Positions 1-9,976 of a DNA stretch of 64,000 nucleotides are shown here, piece by piece. How positions within the stretch are numbered: position 1 is the first letter of the stretch; the number at the start of each line of letters is the position of its first letter. The stretch lies in the NCBI GenBank assembly GCA_047285535.1, contig JBJBDC010000001.1:1696136-1760135 (forward strand), given 5' to 3'. This DNA is from Synechococcus sp. GTDB taxonomy: Bacteria > Cyanobacteriota > Cyanobacteriia > PCC-6307 > Cyanobiaceae. Below the pieces are notes generated by a model. The model was given only the letters and a program-made list of their open reading frames with translations. It ran no database searches and was not told the origin of the DNA. Position numbers and translations under genes: made by a program.

Positions 1-323
1 TGCACTAAATCTCGAACCCGTTCCAAAGCCCATAGCAGGTTCACAGCTGTGGGTCGACTGGCATTGAGCTGATCAAAGGCTTGGCTCAATCCAGCATCGC
101 TGGCGTCGTCTTGAAGAGCAAGCATCAAGCCATAGGCGCCGGTCACACCGATTAATGGCGCACCCCGCACCACCATGGTGCTGATCGCATCTGCCGCCTG
201 GTCACAACGCGTCAGCGTTCGAGTGATCAAACGATGGGGCAGAAGGGTTTGATCGATCACACCCACGGAGCGCTGATCGGATTCAAGCCAAATCGTCCGC
301 CAGGCCTGGCCATCAATGTTCAT
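1..323 (-). CDS. mtnA: S-methyl-5-thioribose-1-phosphate isomerase (5' part; runs off window)
   Basis: Manual translation from ATG at 323: MNIDGQAWRTIWLE...IDQTLLPH...MVVRGAPLIG...SRPTAVNL, typical MtnA motifs. Confidence 0.9.
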   Translation of the reverse strand, partial: MNIDGQAWRTIWLESDQRSVGVIDQTLLPHRLITRTLTRCDQAADAISTMVVRGAPLIGVTGAYGLMLALQDDASDAGLSQAFDQLNASRPTAVNLLWALERVRDLV

Positions 324-439
324 GGTCGAATCAACGGCAAGCGCCGAATGGCTTCTTTCATTCTCTGATGCGCACGATCCTGGAAGTTAATCGGCCAAAT
401 CGCGCCAGCGCTCACAGTTGTAGAGGTCACATCGGCTGC

Positions 440-991
440 TCAAATCGGTCGATATCCAAACCAGTCAGGCACCTGATTCTGACTTTGACCATTCAGCTGG
501 CGATGGAGGTGCACGTAAACACTGTTGTTCCCTGTCAACGACAACTGTTCAATCGCCACGCAATCATCCACAGCACTGAGATCGTCCTTGTGCTGCTCAA
601 GCGCATCCAGCAACCAACGCGTCTTGGCTGCTGATTTAGCGGCTTGCCGCGAAGGAGCTACCACGAGTCCAAAGCGATGCAATTCCGCAAGCGAGTCGGG
701 CTGGTAGCCCCCGAGGTTGACGAACCACAATCTCTGTTCATTGGAAGCAGGCTCCAGCTCAAGGGTGACGCGCCAGCCGTCGATGCAATGCACGGTCATG
801 TAGCTATCGAGATGCAACCCTCGACGGCGACCAAACCACTGACGACGAAGCTCGGGATAGGTGTCCTCGATGCAGTGACCCACCACAAAACGCACATCGT
901 GAAGCTCGATCAAACTTCGATCCGTTCGACCTCCGAGCACCACCAAAAACAGGGTTGGAAGTTCCAAACGCGAGGGGTGGGAAGGGCTCAT
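440..991 (-). CDS. DUF1543-family protein
   Basis: LFLVVLGG...ELHDVRFVVG, LHLDSY, LWFVNLGGY...ELH, HKDD pattern. Confidence 0.75.
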   Translation of the reverse strand: MSPSHPSRLELPTLFLVVLGGRTDRSLIELHDVRFVVGHCIEDTYPELRRQWFGRRRGLHLDSYMTVHCIDGWRVTLELEPASNEQRLWFVNLGGYQPDSLAELHRFGLVVAPSRQAAKSAAKTRWLLDALEQHKDDLSAVDDCVAIEQLSLTGNNSVYVHLHRQLNGQSQNQVPDWFGYRPI

Positions 992-1028
992 TCAAGGTGC
1001 CATCGTGTGGACCAGATGTGAACCATGC

Positions 1029-1730
1029 GTGGATCTATTTGAAAGGCAATGGGCCACATACCGAATCCTGGTTGAACGCAACCTGATGGAACATGGTGAA
1101 ATCAGTGAGGCCACAAGCGCTGGGATCCATCAATGGCTGGCCCAACGAGAGGACCAGACTCAAACCGTTGCCATGGTTGATCTGGGCTGTGGAGACCTCG
1201 GGCAGCTAGCGCCCCTGCTCCGCACCCTTCCACTCAAAAAGTACGTCGGTTTAGACCTGACAACAGAAGTTCTACCGCTCGCTCAACGCAATCTGGGATC
1301 CGTTCCCTACCCCTGTTTCTGGGAACAGGGCGATCTCCTGAACTGGGCCTGTTCCAGGCCAAACAATCGTGTTGACCTCATCCATTCATCCTTCGCCATA
1401 CACCATCTCCATCAAGACCAAAAGCTGCTGTTTCTAGAGGGTGCAAGGAAGCACATTGAGACCAATGGACTGTTCATCTGGGCGGACGTCTTCCGTCCCA
1501 ATCAAGAATCACGATTGGACTACCTCAAAAGATATTGCAAACGAATCAACCAATGGCCTGGCCTCTCTCAGACCCAACGAAACTCCATCTCCCAACACAT
1601 CCAAACCCATGACTTTCCCCCCAACCGTGATTGGCTCGAGCAGCAAGCGAGAGCCCATGGCTGGTCATTCCGCTGGGCTTGGATCGGTCAACACAATGCT
1701 GAGGCTGTAGCCCTGCTTCAACCCATTTAG
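1029..1730 (+). CDS. Class I SAM-dependent methyltransferase
   Basis: MVDLGCGD motif I, YVGLDL, SSFAIHHL; GTG at 1029 is the likely start. Confidence 0.85.
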   Translation: MDLFERQWATYRILVERNLMEHGEISEATSAGIHQWLAQREDQTQTVAMVDLGCGDLGQLAPLLRTLPLKKYVGLDLTTEVLPLAQRNLGSVPYPCFWEQGDLLNWACSRPNNRVDLIHSSFAIHHLHQDQKLLFLEGARKHIETNGLFIWADVFRPNQESRLDYLKRYCKRINQWPGLSQTQRNSISQHIQTHDFPPNRDWLEQQARAHGWSFRWAWIGQHNAEAVALLQPI

Positions 1731-1737
1731 AGAATCG

Positions 1738-3006
1738 CTAGCCGTTTTCACGGAAAAACTCGATCACACTCACCAGCTCATCAGCAAAGCGATCGATTTC
1801 AGCATGGGTCGTACAAAAACTGAGGCTCGCACGCGCTGAGCCTGTGACTCCGTACAAGCGATGCAGCGGTTGGCAGCAATGGTGACCACTGCGAATACAG
1901 ACACCGGCCAGATCTAGCATCGCCGCGATGTCATTGGCATGAACACCCTCCACCACAAACGTGGCAAGGGCTCCTCGGCCAGGCTGCTGCTCTGGCGTCG
2001 GACCAAGAATGCGCAGGCCGTTAATCGATTGAAGCCGACTAAACAAATGGCTGGTGAGCTCCGCCTCCCACGCCTGAATCGCATCGAGTCCCAGCGTTTG
2101 CAAGTAAGTGATAGCAGCGCCCATACCGATCGCCTCACCAATGGCTGGTGTGCCCGCTTCAAACTTGTAGGGAAGTTCCGCCCAGGTGCTGTGATCCAAG
2201 AACACCTCCTGGATCATCTCTCCACCACCGAGAAAGGGTGGCATGCCCATCAAGGTTTCTTCCGAAGCCCAGAGAAAACCCATGCCAGTCGGGCCACACA
2301 ACTTGTGAGACGAGCCCACAAGGAAATCGGCCCCGAGGCTCTGCACTGCAATGGATTTATGAGCCAAACTTTGACAAGCGTCCACCAAAACCTTGGCCCC
2401 TACAGCATGAGCCAGGGTTGCAATCTCTTCGATCGGGTTGCAGCAGCCCAGGGTGTTGCTGATGTGGACCAAGCTCAACAAGCGCGTCCTTTCGGTGAGC
2501 TGATCCCGCAAGTCCGCCAGATCTAGTGTGCCGTCAGGGGTCACACCCACATGCCGAAGCACGCAACCGGTCCGTTCAGCGAGCAATTGCCAAGGCACCA
2601 AGTTGCTGTGGTGCTCCATCACGGTGAGCAGAACCTCATCACCAACCTTCAGCTGGGCATCACCCCAAGTTCGAGCTACAAGATTGATGGCTTCGGTGGC
2701 ATTGCGCGTGAACACAATCTCTTTCGAGCTCGATGCGCCGATCAAGCCAGCGGTGATTGATCGAGCCGCTTCAAACGACTCAGTGGCACGTGCACTGAGC
2801 TGATGGGCACCGCGATGGACATTGGCGTTGTCGGAGCTGTAGTAGTGCTGAATCGCATCGAGCACCACACGCGGCTTCTGACTGGTCGCCGCATGATCCA
2901 GATAGATCAGGGGCTGACCAGAACTTGAAGCCTGATCAAGGATCGGGAAGTCGGCACGCACTCGGTCCGCGAGAGTCACGGTGGAGCCACGGGGAAGTGT
3001 CGTCAT
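1738..3006 (-). CDS. sufS: Cysteine desulfurase SufS
   Basis: YLDHAATSQKP, EHHSN, SSHKLCGP (PLP Lys), RSGHHCCQP; position in suf operon. Confidence 0.97.
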   Translation of the reverse strand: MTTLPRGSTVTLADRVRADFPILDQASSSGQPLIYLDHAATSQKPRVVLDAIQHYYSSDNANVHRGAHQLSARATESFEAARSITAGLIGASSSKEIVFTRNATEAINLVARTWGDAQLKVGDEVLLTVMEHHSNLVPWQLLAERTGCVLRHVGVTPDGTLDLADLRDQLTERTRLLSLVHISNTLGCCNPIEEIATLAHAVGAKVLVDACQSLAHKSIAVQSLGADFLVGSSHKLCGPTGMGFLWASEETLMGMPPFLGGGEMIQEVFLDHSTWAELPYKFEAGTPAIGEAIGMGAAITYLQTLGLDAIQAWEAELTSHLFSRLQSINGLRILGPTPEQQPGRGALATFVVEGVHANDIAAMLDLAGVCIRSGHHCCQPLHRLYGVTGSARASLSFCTTHAEIDRFADELVSVIEFFRENG

Positions 3007-4232
3007 GCCGCCTCCGCCACCTGCAAGCTACCAGCCAACCAGCGCTGGGATGCATCCAGAGGCAAGCGATCCAGCACTTCTTTGCAGTAACCACGCAGCA
3101 GCAAAGCTGATGCCGAGGACTGAGTAATCCCGCGGCTGCGCAGGTAAAAGAGTTGATCTTCCTGGAGCTGACTCACGGTGGCCCCATGCGTGCAGCGAAC
3201 ATCATCAGCCACGATTTCCAACTCGGGCTTGGCATCAACACGGGCGCGTCCCGAAAGCAACAAGCTCCTGCTCAGCTGGGAGGCATTCGTGCGCTGCGCT
3301 GGCCTTGGCACTTGAATCGCCCCATTGAAGATGCTGTGGGAGCGATCGGCAGCAATCGTTTTTTGCACTTGGTCCAGCGTGCCTTCAGGACCCTCAAAAC
3401 GCACAGCGGTATGGACCGCAAACTGCTCATCAGCAGCGGTGAGGGAAAGGCCATGAACCGAAGCAGAAGCCTGGCCATCCACCTGCACAACCCTCGGCTC
3501 CAGTCGTCCAAATGACCAGCCTTGAGTCACCGACACCAGGGAGTAGTGACTCCTCGTCTCTTGCTCCACGGCGAGATTCGCGAGCAAAGCCTCGCGACCG
3601 TCTCCTAAGGCAAGCAACCCGTGGTTCACTTTCGATTCCTGGCCCAGATGAATTTCTAGGAGATGGCTATGGGCCGCCTGGCTCTTAGCCCTGACAACCT
3701 GGAGAAATTCGAGCTCTGCATTTTCCTCCACAAGCAACAAAACCCTGGTGGGAACCAACAAGGGTTCGGCCGCAACCATCACCAGCTCAAGTGGTGGAAC
3801 TTTGCCGCGGATGCGTAACGCCAGAATCTGCTGACTCACTCCGTGATTGAGCTCTACCGGCCAATCCGAAGAGCAGCCACAACGGGACAAGGTGTGACCA
3901 AGGGCTTGCTGCAACTCTGCGCCCTCAATCACAGAAATCCCTTCCGGTAACAACATCCCCTGAAGTGGATCCTGACTGCCATCAATCACAAGCCTCAGAA
4001 CCTGCTCAGGCACGCTCGGCCAGCTATCGGCACTGGAGCGCTGAACCTTTTGATCAACCACTGACAGCTGAAACAAGGCTTCTAAGCGTGAGAGATCAGT
4101 GAGCCTCCACGACTCCTGTCTCCTGCTGGGAAAACCCTGCTCTGACAGAGCCAATCGTCCTCGGCGCTGTACCGGCTCGAGCATCCCCGCTGGTGCAGGG
4201 AGCTGTGTCAACCAACCCTCGGGCATCGCCAT
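3003..4232 (-). CDS. sufD: Fe-S assembly protein SufD
   Basis: ESWRLTDL, KPELEIVADDVRCTHGATV, LFYLRSRGI. Confidence 0.95.
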   Translation of the reverse strand: MAMPEGWLTQLPAPAGMLEPVQRRGRLALSEQGFPSRRQESWRLTDLSRLEALFQLSVVDQKVQRSSADSWPSVPEQVLRLVIDGSQDPLQGMLLPEGISVIEGAELQQALGHTLSRCGCSSDWPVELNHGVSQQILALRIRGKVPPLELVMVAAEPLLVPTRVLLLVEENAELEFLQVVRAKSQAAHSHLLEIHLGQESKVNHGLLALGDGREALLANLAVEQETRSHYSLVSVTQGWSFGRLEPRVVQVDGQASASVHGLSLTAADEQFAVHTAVRFEGPEGTLDQVQKTIAADRSHSIFNGAIQVPRPAQRTNASQLSRSLLLSGRARVDAKPELEIVADDVRCTHGATVSQLQEDQLFYLRSRGITQSSASALLLRGYCKEVLDRLPLDASQRWLAGSLQVAEAA

Positions 4233-4234
4233 CG

Positions 4235-5023
4235 TTAGGCCACCCCCTCGGCCGCGAGCTGCTGATCCACCCAGTCGTAACCAGTTTTTTCCAACTCGAG
4301 AGCCAACTCCCTCCCTCCGGTTCGCAAGATGCGGCCAGCCCCCATCACGTGAACGTAATCCGGCGTGATCTCATCCAAAAGTCTTTGGTAATGGGTGATC
4401 AGCAACGTGCAGTTATCGGGACTCGCCAACTGATTCACGCCTCCAGCCACAATGCGCAAGGCATCGATATCAAGTCCAGAGTCGGTTTCATCGAGGATCG
4501 CGACCACTGGATCCAGAAGGGCCATCTGAAGAATTTCGTTGCGCTTTTTCTCACCACCAGAGAAACCTTCATTCACGCTGCGCTCGAGGAATGCAGGGTC
4601 CATCTGCACCACCTGCAAGCGCTCACGCACATGATCATCGAAATCAAAGGTGTCGAATTCCTCTTGGCCTTGCTTCTCGCGCCTGGCGTTGGTGGAGACC
4701 CGAAGAAACTCGAGATTGCTCACCCCAGGGATCTCAACCGGATATTGAAATCCCAAGAACACTCCAAGGCGTGAGCGCTCTTCAGGCTCCAACTCAAGAA
4801 GGTCTCGACCGAGATAGCGCACAGAACCTTCCGTAACGCGATAGGCGGGATGACCCGCCAACACTTTGGACAACGTGCTTTTACCGCTTCCGTTACGCCC
4901 CATCACGGCATGAATCTCGCCGGCTTTTACTTGCAGGGTCACCCCATTCAGGATCGGCTTGCCCTCTACGGACGCATGCAGATCGTTAATTTCGAGGAGC
5001 GGCTCGGCGTCAGGACGGATCAC
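4235..5023 (-). CDS. sufC: Fe-S assembly ATPase SufC
   Basis: [36 protein letters not shown]. Confidence 0.97.
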   Translation of the reverse strand: MIRPDAEPLLEINDLHASVEGKPILNGVTLQVKAGEIHAVMGRNGSGKSTLSKVLAGHPAYRVTEGSVRYLGRDLLELEPEERSRLGVFLGFQYPVEIPGVSNLEFLRVSTNARREKQGQEEFDTFDFDDHVRERLQVVQMDPAFLERSVNEGFSGGEKKRNEILQMALLDPVVAILDETDSGLDIDALRIVAGGVNQLASPDNCTLLITHYQRLLDEITPDYVHVMGAGRILRTGGRELALELEKTGYDWVDQQLAAEGVA

Positions 5024-5073
5024 GTCAGAAGAAAACGAAGAGAGGAACGGGTATGCAAAGTTTGGCGCTGGGA

Positions 5074-6513
5074 TTAACCCACCGAACCCTCAAGTTTGAG
5101 GGCAAGGAGTTTGTCGGCTTCAGCCGCAAACTCCATCGGAAGTTGATTAAATACATCCCTGCAGAAACCACTCACCATCATCGAAACAGCTTCTTCAAAG
5201 GCAATGCCACGACTTTGCAGATAAAACAATTGATCTTCGGACATGCGACAAGTACTTGCCTCATGTTCGATTGCAGCTTGAGGCTGTTGAGAACGTATAT
5301 ATGGATAGGTATTCGCAGCGGCTTGGTCTCCAATCAACATCGAATCACATTGACTGTAATTGCGAGCACCTTTGGCGTTCGGGCCTACTTGAACAAGACC
5401 TCTGTAGCTATTACTTGAATGGCCAGCGCTGATTCCTTTGCTCACGATGGTGGAACGGGTACGTGGCCCTACGTGCACCATCTTTGTTCCAGTATCAGCT
5501 TGCTGACGATTATTCGTGAGAGCAACGGAATAAAACTCACCAACCGAATCCGCACCCTGCAACACACAACTTGGATATTTCCAGGTAATCGCTGAACCGG
5601 TTTCAACCTGTGTCCAGCTAATGCGACTTCGTGCGCCCCTACATTGACCACGCTTGGTCACAAAATTGTAGATGCCGCCAATACCATTTTCGTCACCTGC
5701 GTACCAATTTTGGACCGTGGAATACTTAATCGAAGCATCGTCCAAAACAACAAGTTCGACGACAGCTGCATGCAGCTGATTGGTATCAAACATCGGAGCC
5801 GTGCAACCCTCCAAATAGCTCACCGAAGCACCTTCTTCAGCAACGATGAGAGTGCGCTCAAATTGCCCTGTATCTCCGGAATTAATCCTGAAATAAGTAG
5901 AGAGCTCCATCGGACACTCCACACCTTTGGGAATGAATACAAAGGATCCATCACTAAAAACAGCAGAGTTCAATGCTGCAAAATAATTGTCATTACTAGG
6001 AACAACCGAGCCAAGATACTTCTCAATCAAGTCAGGGTGATCAACCACAGCCTCGCTAAAAGAACAGAACACAACTCCATGTTCTGCCAGCTTTTCTTTG
6101 TAAGTGGTTGCGATCGAGACACTATCAAAAACAGCATCGACCGCAACATTGCTCAGCCTTTTTTGTTCGCTGAGAGGAATCCCCAACTTTTCAAAAGTGT
6201 CGAGAAGTTTTGGATCAACCTCATCAAGACTTTGCTTTTTTTCTTGCTGCTTGGGTGCAGCGTAATAAACAATATCCTGGTAATCAATTGCTTCATAACC
6301 CAACTGAGCCCAATCAGGTTCTTGCAGCTTGAGCCAATGACGATAAGCTTTGAGTCGAAAATCAAGAAGAAATTCCGGCTCGTTCTTCTTCGAAGAAATC
6401 AGCCTCACCACCTCTTCGCTGAGACCTTTAGCGATTTTATCTGTTTCGATATCAGTGACAAATCCGTACTTGTACGGCTGACTAACAAGATCTCGTGTGG
6501 AGGTGCTGGTCAT
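5074..6513 (-). CDS. sufB: Fe-S assembly protein SufB
   Basis: [36 protein letters not shown] at 6513. Confidence 0.97.
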   Translation of the reverse strand: MTSTSTRDLVSQPYKYGFVTDIETDKIAKGLSEEVVRLISSKKNEPEFLLDFRLKAYRHWLKLQEPDWAQLGYEAIDYQDIVYYAAPKQQEKKQSLDEVDPKLLDTFEKLGIPLSEQKRLSNVAVDAVFDSVSIATTYKEKLAEHGVVFCSFSEAVVDHPDLIEKYLGSVVPSNDNYFAALNSAVFSDGSFVFIPKGVECPMELSTYFRINSGDTGQFERTLIVAEEGASVSYLEGCTAPMFDTNQLHAAVVELVVLDDASIKYSTVQNWYAGDENGIGGIYNFVTKRGQCRGARSRISWTQVETGSAITWKYPSCVLQGADSVGEFYSVALTNNRQQADTGTKMVHVGPRTRSTIVSKGISAGHSSNSYRGLVQVGPNAKGARNYSQCDSMLIGDQAAANTYPYIRSQQPQAAIEHEASTCRMSEDQLFYLQSRGIAFEEAVSMMVSGFCRDVFNQLPMEFAAEADKLLALKLEGSVG

Positions 6514-6518
6514 GGAGG

Positions 6519-6878
6519 TCAACCCGCTGAGGCGTGAATCGTTTCAGTACTGATGGTTTGATCATCACAGCGGAAGGGATTGTCTTCGGTGAGGAACAAC
6601 ATGCAATGGCAATCTTTTCGCTCTCGCATCGGAACACAGGGACAATTCCAAAAGGCCTGAGACACCTCAGCCTTTTTATCTTCGTAATGGCGACAAGGAC
6701 AAAGTGCGCCACCTAGCTCGTCTTTGTGCTTGGCAAGACCCTTCAAGACAACAGCCGTGACTCCAGGATCACTACAAAAGTAGGTACCGGTTCGCTGAGC
6801 GTACGTTTCAGCAAATTTTCGAATGACCTCAAGACTTTCAGCTGTCGGCTCTGTGCTGCCAGCGGAGGCGTCGGACAT
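6519..6878 (-). CDS. ftrC: Ferredoxin-thioredoxin reductase catalytic subunit
   Basis: [18 protein letters not shown] motifs. Confidence 0.95.
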   Translation of the reverse strand: MSDASAGSTEPTAESLEVIRKFAETYAQRTGTYFCSDPGVTAVVLKGLAKHKDELGGALCPCRHYEDKKAEVSQAFWNCPCVPMRERKDCHCMLFLTEDNPFRCDDQTISTETIHASAG

Positions 6879-6961
6879 TGGGCTCAAGTGGGGAGAGGAA
6901 GGACGTATCCAGAAATTAAGACCGGATCTATCCCGACAAAGGATCAGGCTTAGGCCTAAAT

Positions 6962-6981
6962 ACGAAACAAAAGGGTTTCGT
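6962..6981. promoter_or_regulatory. Putative SufR operator upstream of ftrC-sufBCDS
   Basis: Perfect inverted repeat ACGAAAC-N6-GTTTCGT, same spacing as the cyanobacterial SufR box CAAC-N6-GTTG. Confidence 0.6.
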
Positions 6982-7143
6982 TTTAAGAGACTAAAGCACT
7001 GATCGATTGTCCGGAGCCCCGATCATCCTGCAGGGCCATCCAACCCACGCGCAAAGATCGCTCCAACAGCCCCTCATCCAGCCGAAAGCGGCTGGCAGCT
7101 CCCCGGTCGCCACCAGGCATGGCCCACGCAACGCGTATTCAAA

Positions 7144-7169
7144 TGTTCATATGAACAACGCAGTGGCTG
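7144..7169. promoter_or_regulatory. Putative second SufR operator plus 14-bp palindrome upstream of sufR
   Basis: CAAC-gcagtg-GCTG (7156-7169, one mismatch to CAAC-N6-GTTG), overlapping TGTTCATATGAACA (7144-7157). Confidence 0.45.
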
Positions 7170-7226
7170 GTTTCACCCTCCAATGGAGGCATTCCCGTGG
7201 CATCGTGAGTTCAATGACTCCATCTC

Positions 7227-7868
7227 ATGGGAGCTCAAGCTCAGGCCCCCACCCGCGAAACAACACTCACCCTGCTTCTCAGGCAGGGTGAAACGAGTGC
7301 CGCGCAATTAGCTGAGACTCTTGGCATCTCAGTTCAGGCCATGCGCCGACATCTCCGCAGCCTTGAGGACGATGAGCTCGTTGAGGCCAGCCCTACAACA
7401 GCGGGACCAGGCCGCCCATCCAACCTGTGGCGACTCACTGCAAAGGGGCATCAACATTTTCCTGATGGCAGCGAAAACTTTGCCTTAGGTCTCCTCGAGT
7501 CGATGGCAACAACGTTGTCACCGGAAGTCATGGCCGATCTACTACGCCAACAAGCTCTGGAGAAAGCCACCCAGTACCGCCAACACTTGGGCAATGCACC
7601 CCTTGAACAGCGCGTCAGAGCACTCGTGAATTTGCGTGTCCAAGAGGGTTACGTCAGCGACATCCAACCAGCCCCGAATGGTCAAGGCTGGTGTATCAAT
7701 GAATTTCACTGTTCCGTGCAGCGGATTGCTGAGGTCTATCCAGCTGTCTGTGATCAAGAGCTGCAGCTCATCAGGCACACCTTTCCTGACTGCCTGGTGG
7801 AGCGGGTGCACTGGCGACTCGAATCAGGACATTCCTGTGGCTTCAGAATCGCCCCGAGACAGGACTGA
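7227..7868 (+). CDS. sufR: Fe-S cluster biosynthesis regulator SufR
   Basis: N-terminal HTH (LAETLGISVQAMRRHL), GRP motif, C-terminal Cys ligands (EFHCSV, CDQEL, HSCGF); divergent from sufB. Confidence 0.95.
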   Translation: MGAQAQAPTRETTLTLLLRQGETSAAQLAETLGISVQAMRRHLRSLEDDELVEASPTTAGPGRPSNLWRLTAKGHQHFPDGSENFALGLLESMATTLSPEVMADLLRQQALEKATQYRQHLGNAPLEQRVRALVNLRVQEGYVSDIQPAPNGQGWCINEFHCSVQRIAEVYPAVCDQELQLIRHTFPDCLVERVHWRLESGHSCGFRIAPRQD

Positions 7869-7871
7869 GGC

Positions 7872-8303
7872 ATGGGTGAACGAACGCTCTTCGGTTCAGG
7901 ACCCTTATCTCGAGCTGACGCAGATCAGATCGAAGCCACATTGCTTCCCAACCTCGATCGCCATCACCTTCGCCTCTTGGCTCACTGCCTACGCAGTTTT
8001 CAAGTGATGGCTGAACCGCGTTCGTCAGGTCCACTTCCCGACCAAAGCTCGATTGAAGAATGGCTCTTACGGCAGCCACAACTCGTCGATGAGCCTCAAT
8101 TCCGGGACCTGCTGCTCAAGCAATTTCTGGCAGCAGCAAAGCAGCTTGAAGGCTTGGCACGAGACCAAGGTCTCTCTCCATTGGAACTGAGCCTTGGGGG
8201 ACTGATTGAGGCCAGCATCACGTCCAGCAAATCAAGGCTGGAGGACGAGCAAACAACTCTCCCCTCCTGCGAACATTGGTCATCGGAGACCTCTCCCTCA
8301 TGA
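7872..8303 (+). CDS. Conserved hypothetical protein
   Basis: ORF packed between sufR and the lyase with ATGA overlap at 8300-8303. Confidence 0.7.
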   Translation: MGERTLFGSGPLSRADADQIEATLLPNLDRHHLRLLAHCLRSFQVMAEPRSSGPLPDQSSIEEWLLRQPQLVDEPQFRDLLLKQFLAAAKQLEGLARDQGLSPLELSLGGLIEASITSSKSRLEDEQTTLPSCEHWSSETSPS

Positions 8304-8911
8304 GCTCGGCCATTCCAGACGCGGTCCATTTCTTCCAACAGAGCTGTGGACGCTGGCGATCACACCGCAGTGTTCATCACCTGTTGCACCGACGAGCCGA
8401 AGCCGGTGGATCCCTCATCGTGGTGGAAGATCTGGATCCAAACGACCCAAGGCTGAAAACCCTTGCAGAACAACACGGCAAAGCATCAAACACGATTGCC
8501 GGAGGTAGTTATGTGCGCTGGAGCGCCTCGATGGCATGGGATCAAAATGAAGATGCCCATGATGGAGAAACGGTATTTGGTTTGATCCCGGATCGCACAG
8601 ACGGACGCAGCGGCACACTCCTACGCGATTTGGGATACGCCGAAAAAGCACCCGCCACCTCCACATTCAAGATGGATGAACAGGACGCTCTGATCCTCTG
8701 CACCAGCTATGAAACCATGACCGTATGGGAACGATTCTGGTTCACAAGTCCAAACGTGAGATTACGTTCCAGCACGGTTGAAGGACTTTCGAACAACGCC
8801 TCCTTCTGCATGGAAACTCGCTTGAGCGATGGCGAAGATGACCCAAGTCAGCTCTCAACACCTGGCACCACAAAGCCGACAGAACCCCTGATGGCCCCAT
8901 TTGGCTGGTGA
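8300..8911 (+). CDS. CpcS/CpeS-family phycobiliprotein lyase
   Basis: FFQQSCGRWRSHR, LLRDLGYAE, WERFWF, RLRSS, SFCMETR; adjacent to cpcG. Confidence 0.88.
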   Translation: MSSAIPDAVHFFQQSCGRWRSHRSVHHLLHRRAEAGGSLIVVEDLDPNDPRLKTLAEQHGKASNTIAGGSYVRWSASMAWDQNEDAHDGETVFGLIPDRTDGRSGTLLRDLGYAEKAPATSTFKMDEQDALILCTSYETMTVWERFWFTSPNVRLRSSTVEGLSNNASFCMETRLSDGEDDPSQLSTPGTTKPTEPLMAPFGW

Positions 8912-9014
8912 GACTAAGGAGCTCAACTATTACGGACTGTGAGTGCTGGCCTCCGAGCAAGGGGCTCAACGAACTGGTCTTCTACGATCGCGAACGAAGA
9001 ATGCTGAAGTTTGC

Positions 9015-9779
9015 GTGGCCATTCCTCTATTGCAGTACGCACCGATCACCCAAAACGCAAGGGTGGCAGCACTGCGTGTCGCATCCGATGAGGTGCCCCG
9101 TTCGAATTCCATGGATATCGCCATGGATGCTGACAACCTGAGCACCGTCATTGAAAGTGCTTACAGGCAGATTTACTTCCATGCCTTCGAGTCAGATCGG
9201 GACGTCAACCTTGAGTCCCAGCTGCGTGATGGTCAGATCACTGTTCGAGATTTCGTTCGTGGGCTTTGCCTTTCCGACACGTTCAAGCGAAGCTTCTATG
9301 GGATGAACAGCAACTACAAGGTGGTCCGTCACCTTGTCGAAAAGCTGTTGGGTCGTAAAACCAGTGGCAAATCAGAGGAGATCTCTTGGTCGATTCTGAT
9401 CGCCACCAAAGGGATCGAGGGCATGGTGGACGCCTTACTGGATAGCCAGGAATACCTTGACAACTTTGGTTACGACTCGGTCCCGTTTCAGCGCAACAGG
9501 GTGATTCCCGGCAAGGAACTGGGAGATACCCCCTTCAACATCACCAGCCCACGATACGACGAGTACTACCGAGGAATTCTTGGCTTTCCTCAGTTTGTCT
9601 ATACAAACGCGCTCAAAGCCAAAACCATTCCTGCCCGAGCCAAAATCAAGCGCGGCGGTTTCCCCGAGGATTATCTCCCCTGGGTTGGTGGTCTGGCCAA
9701 TACAAGTGGGATCAATCCCAAAGGAAGTGTGGATATTGATTACCTCTCCAAGGTTCCCTATCGCAGCATCGGTCGCTGA
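9015..9779 (+). CDS. cpcG: Phycobilisome rod-core linker CpcG
   Basis: AIPLLQYAP, AYRQIYFHAF, LESQLRDGQITVRDFVRGL, FGYDSVPFQRNR. Confidence 0.95.
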   Translation: MAIPLLQYAPITQNARVAALRVASDEVPRSNSMDIAMDADNLSTVIESAYRQIYFHAFESDRDVNLESQLRDGQITVRDFVRGLCLSDTFKRSFYGMNSNYKVVRHLVEKLLGRKTSGKSEEISWSILIATKGIEGMVDALLDSQEYLDNFGYDSVPFQRNRVIPGKELGDTPFNITSPRYDEYYRGILGFPQFVYTNALKAKTIPARAKIKRGGFPEDYLPWVGGLANTSGINPKGSVDIDYLSKVPYRSIGR

Positions 9780-9802
9780 ATTCCAGGAGAAATTCAACAC
9801 GC

Positions 9803-9833
9803 AAAAAAGGGGGGCGGCAACCCCCTTTTTTTG
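9803..9833 (+). terminator. Rho-independent terminator after cpcG
   Basis: A-tract/G-run, loop, C-run/T-tract hairpin (AAAAAAGGGGGGCGGCAACCCCCTTTTTTT). Confidence 0.85.
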
Positions 9834-9976
9834 TGTGTATAGCTGGTGAGAGACCCCAACTCGGGAGGATCACAACCATGAGCTGGAGTCAGAAGATGCT
9901 GACTACAGCAGTCAAACGTGTCTGAAAATTGAAAGTTGGCTGCAAACTGATCCCGAAGAAACTCGGTTGGTTGTCC

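Noticed and set aside
5644..6537. Long antisense/alternate-frame ORFs such as the 297-aa ORF opposite sufB (also 43255-43998 inside the RND gene)
   Set aside because: Shadow ORFs of well-supported core genes, with no motifs
6984..7121. Short minus-strand ORF MPGGDRGAASRF... between ftrC and sufR
   Set aside because: About 45 aa, no recognisable motif, lies in the regulatory region
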